64,000 bases of DNA from Carcharhinus amblyrhynchos (lineage: Eukaryota): contig OZ336875.1 of NCBI GenBank assembly GCA_965287045.1, positions 100,626,001-100,690,000 of the forward strand. Reading direction: 5' to 3'. The position numbers and the translations under genes were made by a program. Below the pieces are notes generated by a model. It had not been told where the DNA came from. It searched no databases and saw only the letters and a program-made list of their open reading frames with translations. Each line of letters begins with the position of its first letter. Positions within the stretch are counted from its first letter, which is position 1. Below, in pieces: positions 49,636-62,445 of the stretch.

Positions 49636-52600
49636 TGTTATTGCTCTGTGTTTGTTCCTGTTTGATGAACCAAACTGACGTTTCCTATTCCATACTTGCA
49701 TATGTGACTTAATTTTAGTGTCCAGCCATGCAGTGCTAAATACTTTCCAGTATTTTGAAGGTTGGCTGAGGTAGGCATTCAGGTTTGTAACACTGATGGG
49801 AAGTGTAGTGCTCTAAAGTTGCTATGCCATCGATCTCTTTATCCTACTACATTTTTTTAAACAAAGCGTATATGTAAAATGTTATTTCTTGACATTAATC
49901 ATGTTGACATGGCTATGACAGTAAAATGTAGCTTAGATTTTAGAAGCCCTCTGGAGATGGGCTGGGAGGCAGAAAGAAATGGTGGCAAAAGCTGTTGGGA
50001 GGAAAGCTCAACTTCATTCTGCTAACGCAGTCTATTTTGAAAATCAGGAATGGCAGCAGCTCAGATGCCCTCTGATCAGAGGCAGACAACCGATTAAGGT
50101 AATTAATTGGCCTATTAACATGCATTTTACTGATATCAGGAACCTCTTCCCATTGACTGAGGATGCTGCAAAGTACATCAAGGTGATCTCCCAGCATCCT
50201 CATTACTTCCTTCCCAGTGGCTTTGGTCACACATGAGGGCTCTAGGTGGCAATGGCCATCCCCTCCAACTCAGGCAGTGCCATTGGAGTTGTGTTCCTCT
50301 AATTTATGGCACTTACCTGCCTGCTTAGCCTCCCACAAATCCAAACCGGTTGTCTCCAGCCCTTTGAGAGACTCGACATGGAGGCATTCCCTCTTTTTCA
50401 GAGCCTTGGCAGCAGACTCCTCTATCGGTGGCAGTGCTGGCCTGCCAGTCCTCTGATTGGGCTGACAGCTTCGAGAGGCAGACTGCCACTCTTAATGGGA
50501 CAGTGAGCTGGTGATTTCACTTAATTGGTCATTACAGGTAACATTCCCACTGCGATCCTGTTGTTCGCCTGCATAAGCTTGAGATCTGCGTTTGATCTTG
50601 ACAATGGGCCTGTGACGTGCTGGTAAAATTTCAGCCACTGTTTCCAGAGAAAACTAGTTAGTAACTATGTGGAAACTGAGCATGTTGGAAATTCATATTG
50701 TCAATCTTTGTCATTCTTGTCTTTCTGTGGTCTGTCGCATCTCATTGAAGTTTAATTTTAGACATGTGAAGGTGACAAATCGTCTTCAAAGGACTGCTAA
50801 AATATATTGCTGTATTTGACAGTGGTATTATATTTCTTTGCTTGCTCACCTAGTTTAGGGAAAGCTTTGATACATTCTGGAGTTTACAAGCAACAAATAT
50901 TACAGGCTAACACATCTTTTTGGAAGCATACTCTGATATAATTATTTTCAAATATGGATCAGATCAATCAAGAAATCATAAGCAATCAACAAATAATTAT
51001 ATTGGGTGAAATCAATTTGAAATTTTAGGCTTGTTGTCTTAACAGTGCAAAACAAAATTCTCATCACTAATTTCATCCTGAGATAAAAATGGCTAATCTA
51101 GATAATGGAATTAGAAAAAGCCGACTAAATGCATTTGAATTTTCATTTATAGTGAATGCAGAGAGATCTCTGCTGTAAGCACATGTTCTCCTGTTTCCGT
51201 TTTTGTTTCACTTCAGTGTAGGTATTAATGTTTTTCTTTCAGTAAGATTTTGCTTAAAACTTGTTTAAAATGTTACCTACTTGCAATCCCTGTCTATAAA
51301 AGGTTACAGATTTTGGTCATGCCTTTGTGCCACCAGTGTAAGTTGTTTATCATCGTTTTCCATGTAATTTTACCACATCACTGCCACTGCAAACTCTAAA
51401 CACTTGAAGGGAGCTTGGCAACTTGTATACATTAAAAACAAATTTACTCAATAACTGTCCATGAACAACACCGCAGAATTTTAGTGTTTAGTGTAATCGT
51501 GCCTTGACAGCAGCTGTGTGTTAGTAGTTGCCATTATAAATGTGCAGTGGGGAACTTATAGAAGTTGAAAAAAGTCCTCACAACTACAAGATTTGTTTAC
51601 ATTGCACAGCAAATTAGATATTGCATAAGAAGGGCAGGATGTCTGACTTTAAAATGGGAAGTGAATTGCTTCTTGCACCCGGGATTATTATCCCCCTGCC
51701 CAATAACCTTTAAACTTCATCATAACTTTCCACATTGCAAAAATTTAGATAACTGGCCAGTAAATTTGGAAAATTGAGTATTGTGAACTTCCATAGGAGA
51801 AGACAGTTTGATTATTATTGGGGGAACAGGGACAGCAAAGGGAGAATCGGGAGAGAGTCCCAAAACAGCTATTACACTGGTGGGATTCCCTCAATCAACT
51901 GTCCTCGGCCACAGCCAATGATGAATCCCCAATTGCAAAGATTGAATATGATTATCAGGCCTTTACACCATGTTAAATTATCCATTCACATCTGGGTGGA
52001 GGCTTGCTAAGTGAATCATGACAGGTCCCTCATGACATGAATCACGACAGGTCACCCATGACGCATACCTGGTGAGCAGAACCCTATGGAGGTGCTAAGG
52101 GTGAGTACAGCCCCCAGGGGGGAAGACGGCTATGCCCAAGTTCTGCCCCAAAAGGGGAGGGGCTTCTGTGGGGGTGGTGGTTCTGCAGTCAGACAAGGGC
52201 GGAAGTTCGGTGGGGGAAAAGAGTGGTGGCGTTCTGTTTTTTGAGTTGGGTTGGGGGAGGGAGTGGGAGTTCCATGGCCAGATTGGGGAATTCCGTTGCG
52301 GGGTTTGGGTTAGGGAATGGGGGTTTGGATGCCTTTCGGTGTGGAACCTGCCCCTTCCATTTTTAAAATTTAAAAATATGCCAGCGGGTTACTGTCCCCA
52401 TTTCCTATCTGAGGTGACACTTCGCTGTAAAATTCCACCCGAGATGTGGGGAGACTGAGTTTGGAATTTCAGTAGTCATTAGTTCAGTATCTCTAACGAT
52501 TTTAGTTAGCATTTGCCAGAAGTAATCTGGGATCACAGGGCAAACTTCTGCCAAGTCGATATTTCCTTCCTCAGAAATAAGCCAAAAATATTTTTTTGAC

Positions 52601-53039
52601 AGAAAGTATTTCACTTTGTATATCCCCTGACTAGTTTTATATAAGAAAACTGCTTTACTTGTATATCATGTAAGTATATGAACTAAAGAGCTGAATTTGA
52701 AATAATGAAAATTTCTGTATTGTTTGAAATAACTTCATGCAAATTCATGTTATATTTTATAATAATAATGGGGAGATTTATCACTATGGATTCAGTAGTG
52801 GCAGACTCATAAAGGTCCAACTGCACTTCATGGCACAGGTATGTAGGAAGGGTAACTTGGTATTTTCTGAAGTGCCCTCAATTGAATACTTTTCCAGCAT
52901 TCTATAGCAATGGATGCACCATGTTTCAGAATGGGCAGGTTATTCATTGCAACAGCACAAAATAGAAGCTGCTTTTCATTAAAAGGGTACATGCATTTTA
53001 CATGCCTTGAAGATTATTTTTGCCATTGTCTGAAAGAGT

Positions 53040-53250
53040 GGCAGAGGAGCGTACAAGGTCACTAGGAAAGCATTAGATGTAATGTTTGACAGGGTGGAGC
53101 AAAAGAGAGTTGCCACCTTTGGTTTGGAGAAACACACAGAGGGGAGCTAATGGGTTACATGGGAAGAAAGGGTGGAGCAGGTGCTGTCGAAGGCCTATGG
53201 TCAGATGTACATGGTGTTTAATCCCTTGAAGAACTTTGTCATGCCAGAAG
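53040..53250 (+). pseudogene. Harbinger Myb/SANT-like ORF remnant
   Basis: RKALDVMFDRVEQKRVATFG...WEERVEQV pattern, with stops. Confidence 0.45.
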
Positions 53251-53922
53251 TAGGTGTCAATGGAAGAGAAAGAAGAACTTGATCATCCTCTGTTGCCAAG
53301 TTCCAGGAATGAAGTTTTTGAAGACCAGAATGCCGATGAATGCTGTTTGTGTTGCACTACCATTTTATTGTGTCATTCGAGAATTCTTGAAATAGCTGGT
53401 AAGGTGTGGGCAGCTGACCTGCGATCCAAATCTGCGATGCCCTTTGATCGCCTCAGAAAACTGGCGTTCATCATCGGCACAGACCCTAAGCTCAATTGTT
53501 GATGCTGTCTTGAATGTCATCACAAATGCTATTGAAATTTGGTGCTATAATGTCTGTGAATTGTATGGTTAAGACTCTGACACGGGGTTTTAACAGCATC
53601 ATGATGCACGTGCACCTAACAAATGGAGTGTGCCATGATATATGCTGCTGCAACAAACTCTGTGTCTCTGTATTGCTCTGAAAAGTAACAGTATTGTTGG
53701 AACAAGCAAAATATATAACTACTGAGTATTTGGAATTTGTGTAGAACTTCTTTACCCTGGGATGCATTTCTGCATCAGCTGATTAATTTGTGTGTAACTT
53801 TGGTGGACAAGACAAAGCACTTCATCATGATTTCTTGGTTGAAAGTATGATACATGAATATATATGCCAGCTGGTTTTCAACTCTCAAGCAAAATGGTTC
53901 TCCAGTAAGAATTGTTGGAATG

Positions 53923-55438
53923 GATTTGATTTGATTTGATTTGATTTGTTATTGTCACATGTATTAACACACACTGAAAAGTATTGTTTCTTGGCGCTAT
54001 ACAGACAAAACACACCGCTCATAAAGAACGAGATGAGAGAGTGCAAAATGTATTGTTACAATCATAGCTAGGTGTAGAGAAAGTCAACTTAATGCAAGGT
54101 AAGTCCATTCAGAAGTCTGACAGCAGCAGAGAAGAAGCTGTTCTTGAGTTGTTTGCTACGTGTCCTCAAACTTTTGCATCTTTTTCCCAAAGCAAGAAGG
54201 TGGAGAGAGAATGTCCGGGGTGTGTGGGGTCTTTAATTATACTGGCTGCTTTGCCAAGGCAGTGAGAAGTGTAGACAGAGTCAATGGATGGGAGGCTGGT
54301 TTGCGGGATGGGTTGGGCTACATTCACGACTTTTTGTCTTGCAGTCATTGTGGTCTTGGGCAGAGTAGGAGCCCTACCAAGCTGTGGTACAACCAGGAAG
54401 AATGCTTTCTATGGTGCATCTGTAAAAGTTGGTGAGAGTTGTAGCTGACATGCCAAATTTTTTAGTCTTCTGAGAACGTGGAGACATTGGTGGGCATTCT
54501 TAACTATAGTGTTGGCATGGAGGGACATGACAGGTTGTTGGTGATCTGGATACCTAAAAACTTGAAGCTCTCGACCCTTTCTACTTCATCCCCATTGATG
54601 TAGACAGGGGGATGTTCTCTTTTATGCATCCTGAAGTCGATGACAATCTCCTTTGCTTTGTTGACATTGAGGGGAAATTATTGTCGCTGCACCAGTTCAT
54701 CAGATTTTCTATCTGATTCCTGTACTCTGTCTCACTATTGTTTGAGATCTGGCCCATTATGGTGATGTCATCAGCAAACTTGAAAATTGAATTGGAGGGG
54801 AATTTAGCCGCACAGTCATTGGTGTATAAGGAGTATAGTAGGGTGTTGAGAAACAACCTTTGTGGGGCACCGATGTTGAGGATGATCGTGGAGGAGGTGT
54901 TGTTGCCTATCCTTACTGATTGTGGTCTGTGAGTTAGGAAGTTCAGGATCCAATCGCAGAAGGAGGTGTTGAGGCCTAGGCCACGAGCTTGGAGATGAGT
55001 TTCATGGGAATAATACTGTTGAAGGCTGAGCTGTAGTCATTAAGTATCAGTCTGACATAGGTGTTCTTGTTATATCGGTGTTCCAGGGTTGACTGCAGGG
55101 CTAGGAAAATGCGTCTGATGTTGACCAGTTGTGGTGGTAGACAAACTGCAGTGGATCCAGGTAGTGCGGGATGGTGGAATTGATTCCTGCCATGACTAAC
55201 CTTTCGAAGCACTTCGAAATGATGGATGTCAGAGCCACCGGCTGATAGTTTTTAAGGCACGCTGCTTGGTTTTGCTTAGGTAACGGGATGATGGTTGTTG
55301 TCTTGAAGCAGATAAGGACCTCAGATTGTTGTAAAGAGAAGTTGAAGATGCCTGTGAATACCTCTGCCAGCTGATCCATGCAGGACCTGAGTGCTTGTCT
55401 GGGTACCCCATTTGGGCCATTAGATTTTCTTGCTGCAA
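53923..55438 (-). mobile_element. Rex1/Babar LINE, 5'-truncated, frameshifted RT
   Basis: DQLAEVFTGIFNFSL...YQPVALTSIISKCFERLV...[27 protein letters not shown]...[10 protein letters not shown]; (atcaa)n tail read as gatttgatttg on the plus strand. Confidence 0.95.
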
Positions 55439-56684
55439 CTCTTTAGCTTATTTTTCACTCTTCCGGGTCAACTCCAGTTTCTCACGTTCTCTCTCAGAAC
55501 CCACACTCCTGATTTTACTTTCTCCGTAAAAACTGGGGATGGTATTTTTGAGGACGATCATTTTTCCAACTCCCCAAAGCAACATTCCCAGTTCTTGCTC
55601 TGTTCCCACTCTTCAAACAGCACCATTGCTCTGAATGCTCAGGCGGATGTAATTTTAGCAAGCGATGGAGTGTGACTATCCAACTGCACAGACAAAATTA
55701 ATGCAAGCCAGGGTCTGAATCTTCCTCTGGCATCAGGAAAACCTTACCTGTGCACTTTTGTGGCTTGCAAACTGTACACCCAACCCACACACCATTTTTC
55801 TCTTTTCAAACTAAGACAGTATCCCAATTTCCAACAGTGTTTAAAGGCTTCCCGTACTTCACCCCTCACCTCCCTCACCCCTATCCAACCCCATGCTAGC
55901 CCATGCCTCTTCAGGTTGCCTGTGCCACTGTGCCTTATCAAGTATCCTCCATGTCCTCTCTGATCACCATTGCCATTCCATACCCCAGAATATTCACCTT
56001 TCTACCCCATGTATCCCTGGTACCATCTTCTCCGAAGGACATAGGGAAACACTTCCCTACCCCACCCCACCCATGGGCACAGGGACCTCACACAGACATA
56101 GGACACTCCAACCATGGACCTCCCCAGTGGAAGTGCCCCTCACTGGCACTGTCCCTGCCAGTGGCTGATCATTGTCTCTGCATTGTACTTTGTGTCAGGT
56201 TACTGCCCTGGCATAGCCTTCTCTCCCAGTGGACTATTTACTTATGTGCCCCTGGCAGATTCTTTTCGCCAGGCCCCCATTTGTCAGAACCTGTTATAAA
56301 TCCCACTGATGTGACGTCACATTGGTGGGGGAAAGGAGTGGGGAATTACCTAATGCGGGAGGCATAATAGAGGAAGGAAGCCCATTAATTCGATGTAGAT
56401 ATATGGTAAGGAGTTCCTGACCTTTCATAGTGGGACAATCAGAACAGAAGATCTCGCCAATGTAGAAAGCTGTTTGGGGATGCCCATTGGATTCTGTGTG
56501 CTCAATAGCTTTCCTGTCTGCTGAAAATGTAGGCAGAGAATTCCAACTATATATATATATTCCAGGAATATTGATGCAAAGTATGTTATATTCCTTGGAA
56601 AAAAATAAATCTTTCAACATCATATAAAAGCCTCTTTATCATTGATTCTGAGAAAAAGTGCATCTGTGCTGTGAAAACCAATGC

Positions 56685-56848
56685 AGTCTAATGATGACTA
56701 TGAAACCATTGTCGATCATCCTGACCTGGTCTGGCCTACATATAATACCAGATCTATACGTGATTGACTCTTGAACATCCCCACGAGGGCAATGAGGGAT
56801 GGCAGTAAGTGTTGGTCCAGCCATCAATGCCCGCACCCCATGAAAGAA
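56685..56848 (+). mobile_element. SINE-like bipartite LINE derivative, internally deleted
   Basis: agtctaatgatgactatgaaaccattgtcgat...cctggtctggcctaca...ttgactcttga, joined to the LINE tail agggcaatgagggatgg...ccccatgaaagaa. Confidence 0.75.
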
Positions 56849-57812
56849 CTCCAATTGCTTCATGGCTTCTCAAACTTGGCATGCTTCAGTGGACCTCCAA
56901 AAATCTGCACCATCAAATGAAACTGGTGTGTAGGAAGAAATCTGATTATTGTTTTCTCCATTTAAGATGGGGAAACACAACCTCAGCAGAGGCAGGCACA
57001 TAGTTTACAAAATTAGGCATTCCTAACGCACAAAAAGATCAGAGGAAAATGGTGCTGGATCAGGAATGCAGATGAAAATTCGCTTTCCTCCAAAAAATAT
57101 CCAAGTGTGGCTCTTTGTACACCTCGGCACCCAGAAATAAAATTGATCCTAGATCTTCAAACAGTGTCAGAGTAAAGGTGGATAGTTGGCATGATTGTAG
57201 ATCACGTATTTATTGTTTTGTATAACAATTAGGACTCGTATAGCTGGTGACTAACTCATGTAGCTGGAAACTAGCGTTGTGGAAAGGGTCAGAAGTCAGT
57301 AAAAAACAATCCAGAATACTTTCACTTTGGTGTGTTGGACTGGTGCAAGAACTTGCAGGATGTAACATGGGACTGGCAGACTGATGCTTATGCTACTAGT
57401 TCCCATGCTTTTCCCTATGACTTTTAGCAAAGGCACTATCTTTCCAATGTTGCTTACATTTCTTACATTGCTAAGATGATTGCAGCATAAGCAAGCACTC
57501 TCTGGTAATAATATTAAGATTCAAAATTAGATATAAAAACTTACCAAAAAAGTCCCCCCGGAAGAAATGGCTGATATAAAGAATAATCCAGGTCCTTAAC
57601 GTATTGAAAACCTTAGCAAACAATAGAGGTATGCCAGTCTAGGATATTAATAAGAATTAAATAAGCAACTGTTTAAAGACAACATTATGTTTTTAAAGAT
57701 ACAGTATATGTTGGTATTTGAATAAGGTATTGTGTATGAAAACATTGAGGTCATTGACCGTCTATTGAATGGAACTATTCTCTGAACAGTCCATTACAAA
57801 GCAAAATCAGAT

Positions 57813-58111
57813 ATTTTTATTTTATTTATTTATTCGTCACAAGTAAGGCTTACATTAACGCTGCAGTGAAGTTGTTGTGAAATTACCCAAGTTGCCACAG
57901 TCCAGTGCTTGTTTGGGTACGCTGAGGGAGAATTCATCATGGCCAGTGCACCAAACCAGCACGTCTTTCAGATTGTGCGAGGAAACTGGAGCATCTGGTG
58001 GAAATCCATGCACACAGTAGGAGAAGGTGCAAACTCCACGCACAGGGACCCAAGCCAGGAATCAAACTCGGTCCCTGGCACTGTGAGTGCTAACCACTGT
58101 GCCATCATGCC
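57813..58111 (-). mobile_element. HE1-type SINE (Rex1-like tail)
   Basis: Minus strand: head ggcatgatggcacagtggttagcac; tail cttcactgcagcgttaatgtaagccttacttgtgacgaataaataaataaa. Confidence 0.9.
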
Positions 58112-58763
58112 TTAAAGTTTGTGGGTGAGTGATGTGCAAAAAAGCTCAACAGTTCATCCATCCTTTTCTCTCTGTCTCTCCTGCTGAAGGTCCTTCTGTA
58201 GCTCACTTCCCTCGTTGGTACACAGTACTTCACCCAAGGATCCTTTATTTATGTGGAAAATTTGACATCAATTGGCATGTGATTTGACCACAGAAAGAAA
58301 TAGAATTTGGGGTACTTTACCTTCCGGGCCTCATTAAAATCTATTGTTGTGTTTACCACCCAATTTGAGTTCAAGGAGAAGGTGTCATAATGATAATGCT
58401 ATTGGACTAGTAACAGGTCCAAGCTGATGCTTTGGAGATGCAAGTTCAAATCCATGCTGGTAACTGGGGAAACTAAATTAATTAACAAATCTAAAGTAAA
58501 AAGCTACCAGATGGTTGTTTAAAAACTCATCTGATTCACTAATACTCTTCAGGATTGGAAATCTGTTGTCCTTACCAAATCTGACGTGTATGTGACTTCA
58601 GTTGTACTGCAACGAGGTTGACTTTTAACGTTATTCTGAAATGCCCAGTTCAGTTAAACCTAATTGTTGAAGAAAGGTCATATAAGAATAAAGCTGAAAG
58701 GATCTTTCAGCATCAGGTTAGGTACTGGACATGACAAAGGCACACCCTGCCTCACTTAACATA

Positions 58764-58828
58764 ATGTGGTGGAGGTAATAAACTGATTGGACTTTAACCT
58801 GGTGTTGTGAGACTTCTTGCTGTGTTTA
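58764..58828 (+). mobile_element. Penelope-like terminal fragment with 14-bp TSD
   Basis: aataaactgattggactttaacctggtgttgtgagacttctt, flanked by cctcacttaacata (58750-58763, 58829-58842). Confidence 0.85.
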
Positions 58829-59079
58829 CCTCACTTAACATATTCAGACTTGCAACAAAATTGGGAGAGCTGTCCCATAGTTAAGCAACAACCTGACATA
58901 CTCATGTCACCTGACGTTGGTCATACCTTATAACCAATGCCCAGACTACTCTATTACCATTCCACACTGTGACTGTCCCACTAACAGGACTGACCCGTCA
59001 GAAAGAGCTGCATAATGGTATACCATCAAGATAGAGTTGTCATAGAAGTCCTCAATACTGACTACACATCATGAAATCT

Positions 59080-59420
59080 TTGTTTATAAATTTATTCATT
59101 CATGAGATGTGGGTATAGCTGGCAAAGCCAGCATTTGTTCCCCATTCTTCATTACTCGAGCTGAATTGGCTTTTGTGACAATTTCAGAGGGTAGTTAAGA
59201 GTCAGCCATATTGCTGTGTGTTTGGAGTCACAGGTAAGGATGGCAGATTTCCTTCCCTGAAGAACATAAGTGAACCAGAAGGAATTTTTTTTAATGACAA
59301 TTAATTGTTTCATGATTATCATTACTGAGACTAGCTTTCAATTTCAGATTGATTAATTTGATTCAAATTCCCCATATTGTCCCTGGGCATTACCCTGGGC
59401 CACTACACCATCTTCCCTGC
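59080..59420 (-). mobile_element. SINE-like bipartite derivative inserted into its own parent-family LINE
   Basis: The minus strand carries the same head and body as 58383-58660 plus the LINE tail; 6-bp TSD aaatct (59074-59079, 59421-59426). Confidence 0.8.
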
Positions 59421-61134
59421 AAATCTCATGGCATCAGCTCAGATATGAGGAAGGAAGCCTCTTGCTGATAATCTCCAACTACTCCTCCTCAGTTAGTGGG
59501 TCAGTTCTCCTTTATGTTGAACCTCACTTGGAAGAAACTTCGAGGTAGCAAGGACACAAAATTCACTCTGGATGGGGAATGTTAATGTTCATCATCAAGA
59601 GTGGCTTGTTAGCACCACTTGGATCAAGTCCTGGATGACATATCAGTCAGACTAGGCCTGCAGATGGTGAAATAATCAAAAAGGGAGATCTTGTCTTGTT
59701 GCAGATGATCATTTCGTGAGACGCGTGGCACAAAAGTTAGTTTCCACCTATCAGCCAAGCCTAAATGTTGGTCAGGCCTTCCTGCATACAGACACTGACT
59801 GCTTCAGGATCTGAGGAGTAGAAAATTATATTGAACACTGTGCAAGCATCGGCAAACTTCCCTATCCTTAACCTTAGGTTGGAGAGATTGATAAAGTAGT
59901 TGAAGATACTTGGTCCTAAGACAATACCCTTAGGCACTCCAGCAGTGATATCCTGATTCCCGCTGATTCCAATTTTGCTAGTGTTCCTTGCTGATCATAT
60001 GCTGTCTTAAATGTCAAGAGCAGTCACTATCACAGATGGAACATCATCTTGTTCAATTTCCCTTCAAGTCACCAACTATCTTGACTTGGAAATGTATCAC
60101 CATTCCTTCATTGTCACTGGATCAAAATCCTGGAACTCACCTCCTAACATCACTGTGGGTGTACCTATATCACATGAACTGCAGCGATTTAAGAGATGGC
60201 CCTTCTTTTGAAGGGCAGTTAGGGATCAATATTAAATGATAGCCTTGCCAGTGATACCCACAACGCCCAAACAAATAAAAAAAAAGACCTGGAAGGTCAG
60301 CCCGAGGTAAATTTAAAGCAGGATCACAGTATATGGGTAATTTAAGATGTGACGTGGTGATTAGAGCATGGACCATGAGCTATGGTTCATAACGTTCTTC
60401 ACTGCTGGGACTATTCCTGTGATGTATCGGTGTACGTTGTGGACTAACTGATAGAGAATGATTGGTATGATTAGTCATATCTCCATTGTTATTGTATCAT
60501 ATGACAACCAGGATGGTAGATGATGAATCAAATCAGCTCTGTGCTTTTTCATCTAACATGTCCTATATTTTTATTAAATAAGTGTCGTGATGTCGTGATA
60601 GAACACTAGGTGTTCTACTGCTTCTAATAATAGTTGATACTATAGGTTCTGTACTTGTTGGGTTGAGAATATTTGTAAGTTGTACATACCTACTCTACCA
60701 GTCACTCATTGGACAGGATTTTCTGGCTGTGCTCATCCCAAGTCCCACCCAAAGTCAACAGACCTTTGCATGGTCCGTATCTCCTCCAGCCTGCTACAAT
60801 TTCAGTGGCAGGCGGGACATGAAAATTCCACTCATTAGCTTCACAAGGACCGAAACAGCAATATAAACAACACAATTAGCTTACAACTTCCCCTTCTTCA
60901 TTTGCTTGCTCTGTTAAAGTTTTTGTTTACTTTTCCATCTCCTCCCTCTCTCCTTATCTATTCTTACTTTTTTTCTTTCTGTTTTAGGATTTTGTTAGTC
61001 TTTAATTTGCCTCAGTTCTGTCTCTGTCTTCTGCTCAGTTTCAATTGCTGTCTTTTCCTTCCACTGGTCAAAGGGCTAAAACATTACTCAGAAAATGTTC
61101 ACGAGGTTCCAGATGTGATACTGGTATCATAGAC

Positions 61135-61595
61135 TTCATGTGGTCATGGACATTCAGCCTCTGATCTTAAGGTAAGTGTTCTCCAAGGCAGCCTTCACGA
61201 CACATGACAGCGCAGAGTCGCTGAGCAGAAACTGATAGCCAAGTTCCGCACATGTGAGAATGGCCTCAACTGGGATCTTGGGTTCATGTCACACTATCTG
61301 TAACCCCCACAACTTGCCTGGACTTGCAAAATCTCACTAACTTTCCTGTCTGGAAACAATACAATCTCTTTAACCTGTGCTTAAAGCTCTTTCCACTCAC
61401 ATTGTCTGGACCTTTATGAATTGATTAGCTCACATTCCAATCATTATGCATGTAAATTGAGTTTGCGTCTTTGTGTCCTTTTTATGATCAGAACTCCCAG
61501 CCACCTGATGAAGGGACAGGCTGTCCCGAAAGCTTGCGGCTTTTGCTACAAATAAACCTGTTTGGACTTTAAACTGGTGTTGTGGGATTTCTTTC
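61135..61595 (+). mobile_element. Penelope-like element, 5'-truncated: GIY-YIG endonuclease C-terminus plus terminal repeat
   Basis: 61142-61303 reads GHGHSASDLKVSVLQGSLHDT*QRRVAEQKLIAKFRTCENGLNWDLGFMSHYL*; perfect 10-bp TSD tatcatagac (61125-61134, 61596-61605). Confidence 0.92.
61499..61541 (+). ncRNA. Minimal type I hammerhead ribozyme motif
   Basis: agccac-CTGATGA-a-gggaca(ggc)tgtccc-GAAA-gc-TT-gcggct: core boxes intact, 6-bp helix II, helix I pairs 5 of 6, palindromic AAGCTT in place of helix III. Confidence 0.8.
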
Positions 61596-62402
61596 TATCA
61601 TAGACATCAACCAGATCGATGTTCCAAAAATCTGTGGCTCAAGTATGGTACGATATCAAGGTGAAATGAGTTATATTAACAAAACCAGCTGGCAAATCTG
61701 CCACACCTGTGATTTGATATTATTGTGAATTTAACAGAGCTATTGGGGGCCCCTCCCACTGTCTGTGTGAATGCTGATGGGGGCTTGATCTGGAAGTCGC
61801 AGATCTTGCCTGCAAAAGCACGATTTTGGATCTCCCCTGCCCCTTGCTTGCAATGACATCAGGTTTATGCCCACGCAAGTGTGAACCTTATTACATTCAT
61901 TTAAATATATTTTAATATTATCATGCCCCCTGGTCAGATATTGACCCCCCCCCCCCCCCCCACCATATTTTCAAACCGTATCAATATAATGTCAACGAGG
62001 CGTGAACTTGTTGTTGGGATCCTCCTGGGGGTATAAAGATAATTATAGGCCCTTGGGAAAAAGGACATGCCGGTAGTGGCTTGGCAATGTCCCCGACACT
62101 GCTCCTTGGCACAGGTTGGCACCATGCCCATGCTACCCTGGCAGTGCCAACCTGTGGCAAGGGGCGGGCCCCAGTGGGAGCCTCATGGGGCAGGATTCAT
62201 TTGTATGTGGCAGTGACCGAAGCAGACGGGGGAGCCAGGAATGTTCATGGCAATCATGGGGAAGAATCAGAGTGAATGCTGGCTGTGACCAGGGAGTAGC
62301 TCCTGAGATCTCCATAGTTGGCTAGGGAGGGAGTTATCACTGTTCTGATCACAGGGGGCACCCTTTAAAGATGGGTGCTCTGATCCCTGTGCAGCCAGAT
62401 GT

Positions 62403-62445
62403 AAGAAGTCTCACAACACCAGGTTAAAGTCCAACAGGTTTTTGA
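62403..62445 (-). mobile_element. Penelope-like 43-bp terminal fragment with 11-bp TSD
   Basis: aagaagtctcacaacaccaggttaaagtccaacaggttt, flanked by cagccagatgt (62392-62402, 62446-62456). Confidence 0.85.

Larger units (their letters stand above)
58383..60285 (+). mobile_element. L2/CR1-group LINE with tRNA-like 5' head, APE endonuclease remnant, inverted RT segment and 3' end
   Basis: B-box-like gttcaaatcc 58444-58453; KLGELSH, KQQPDI, WMGNVNVHHQEWL (APE); minus-strand QDITAGVP-GIVLGPSIF/KFADACTVF at about 59720-60030; plus-strand SFIVTGSKSWNSPPNITVG and A-rich tail. Confidence 0.85.

Noticed and set aside
52011-52063. 26-bp tandem duplication tgaatcatgacaggtccctcatgaca
   Set aside because: Only two units, inside a GC-rich repeat; not a CRISPR-like array and there are no spacers.
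53300-53830. Possible hAT transposase remnant on the minus strand
   Set aside because: No diagnostic motif could be read with confidence.
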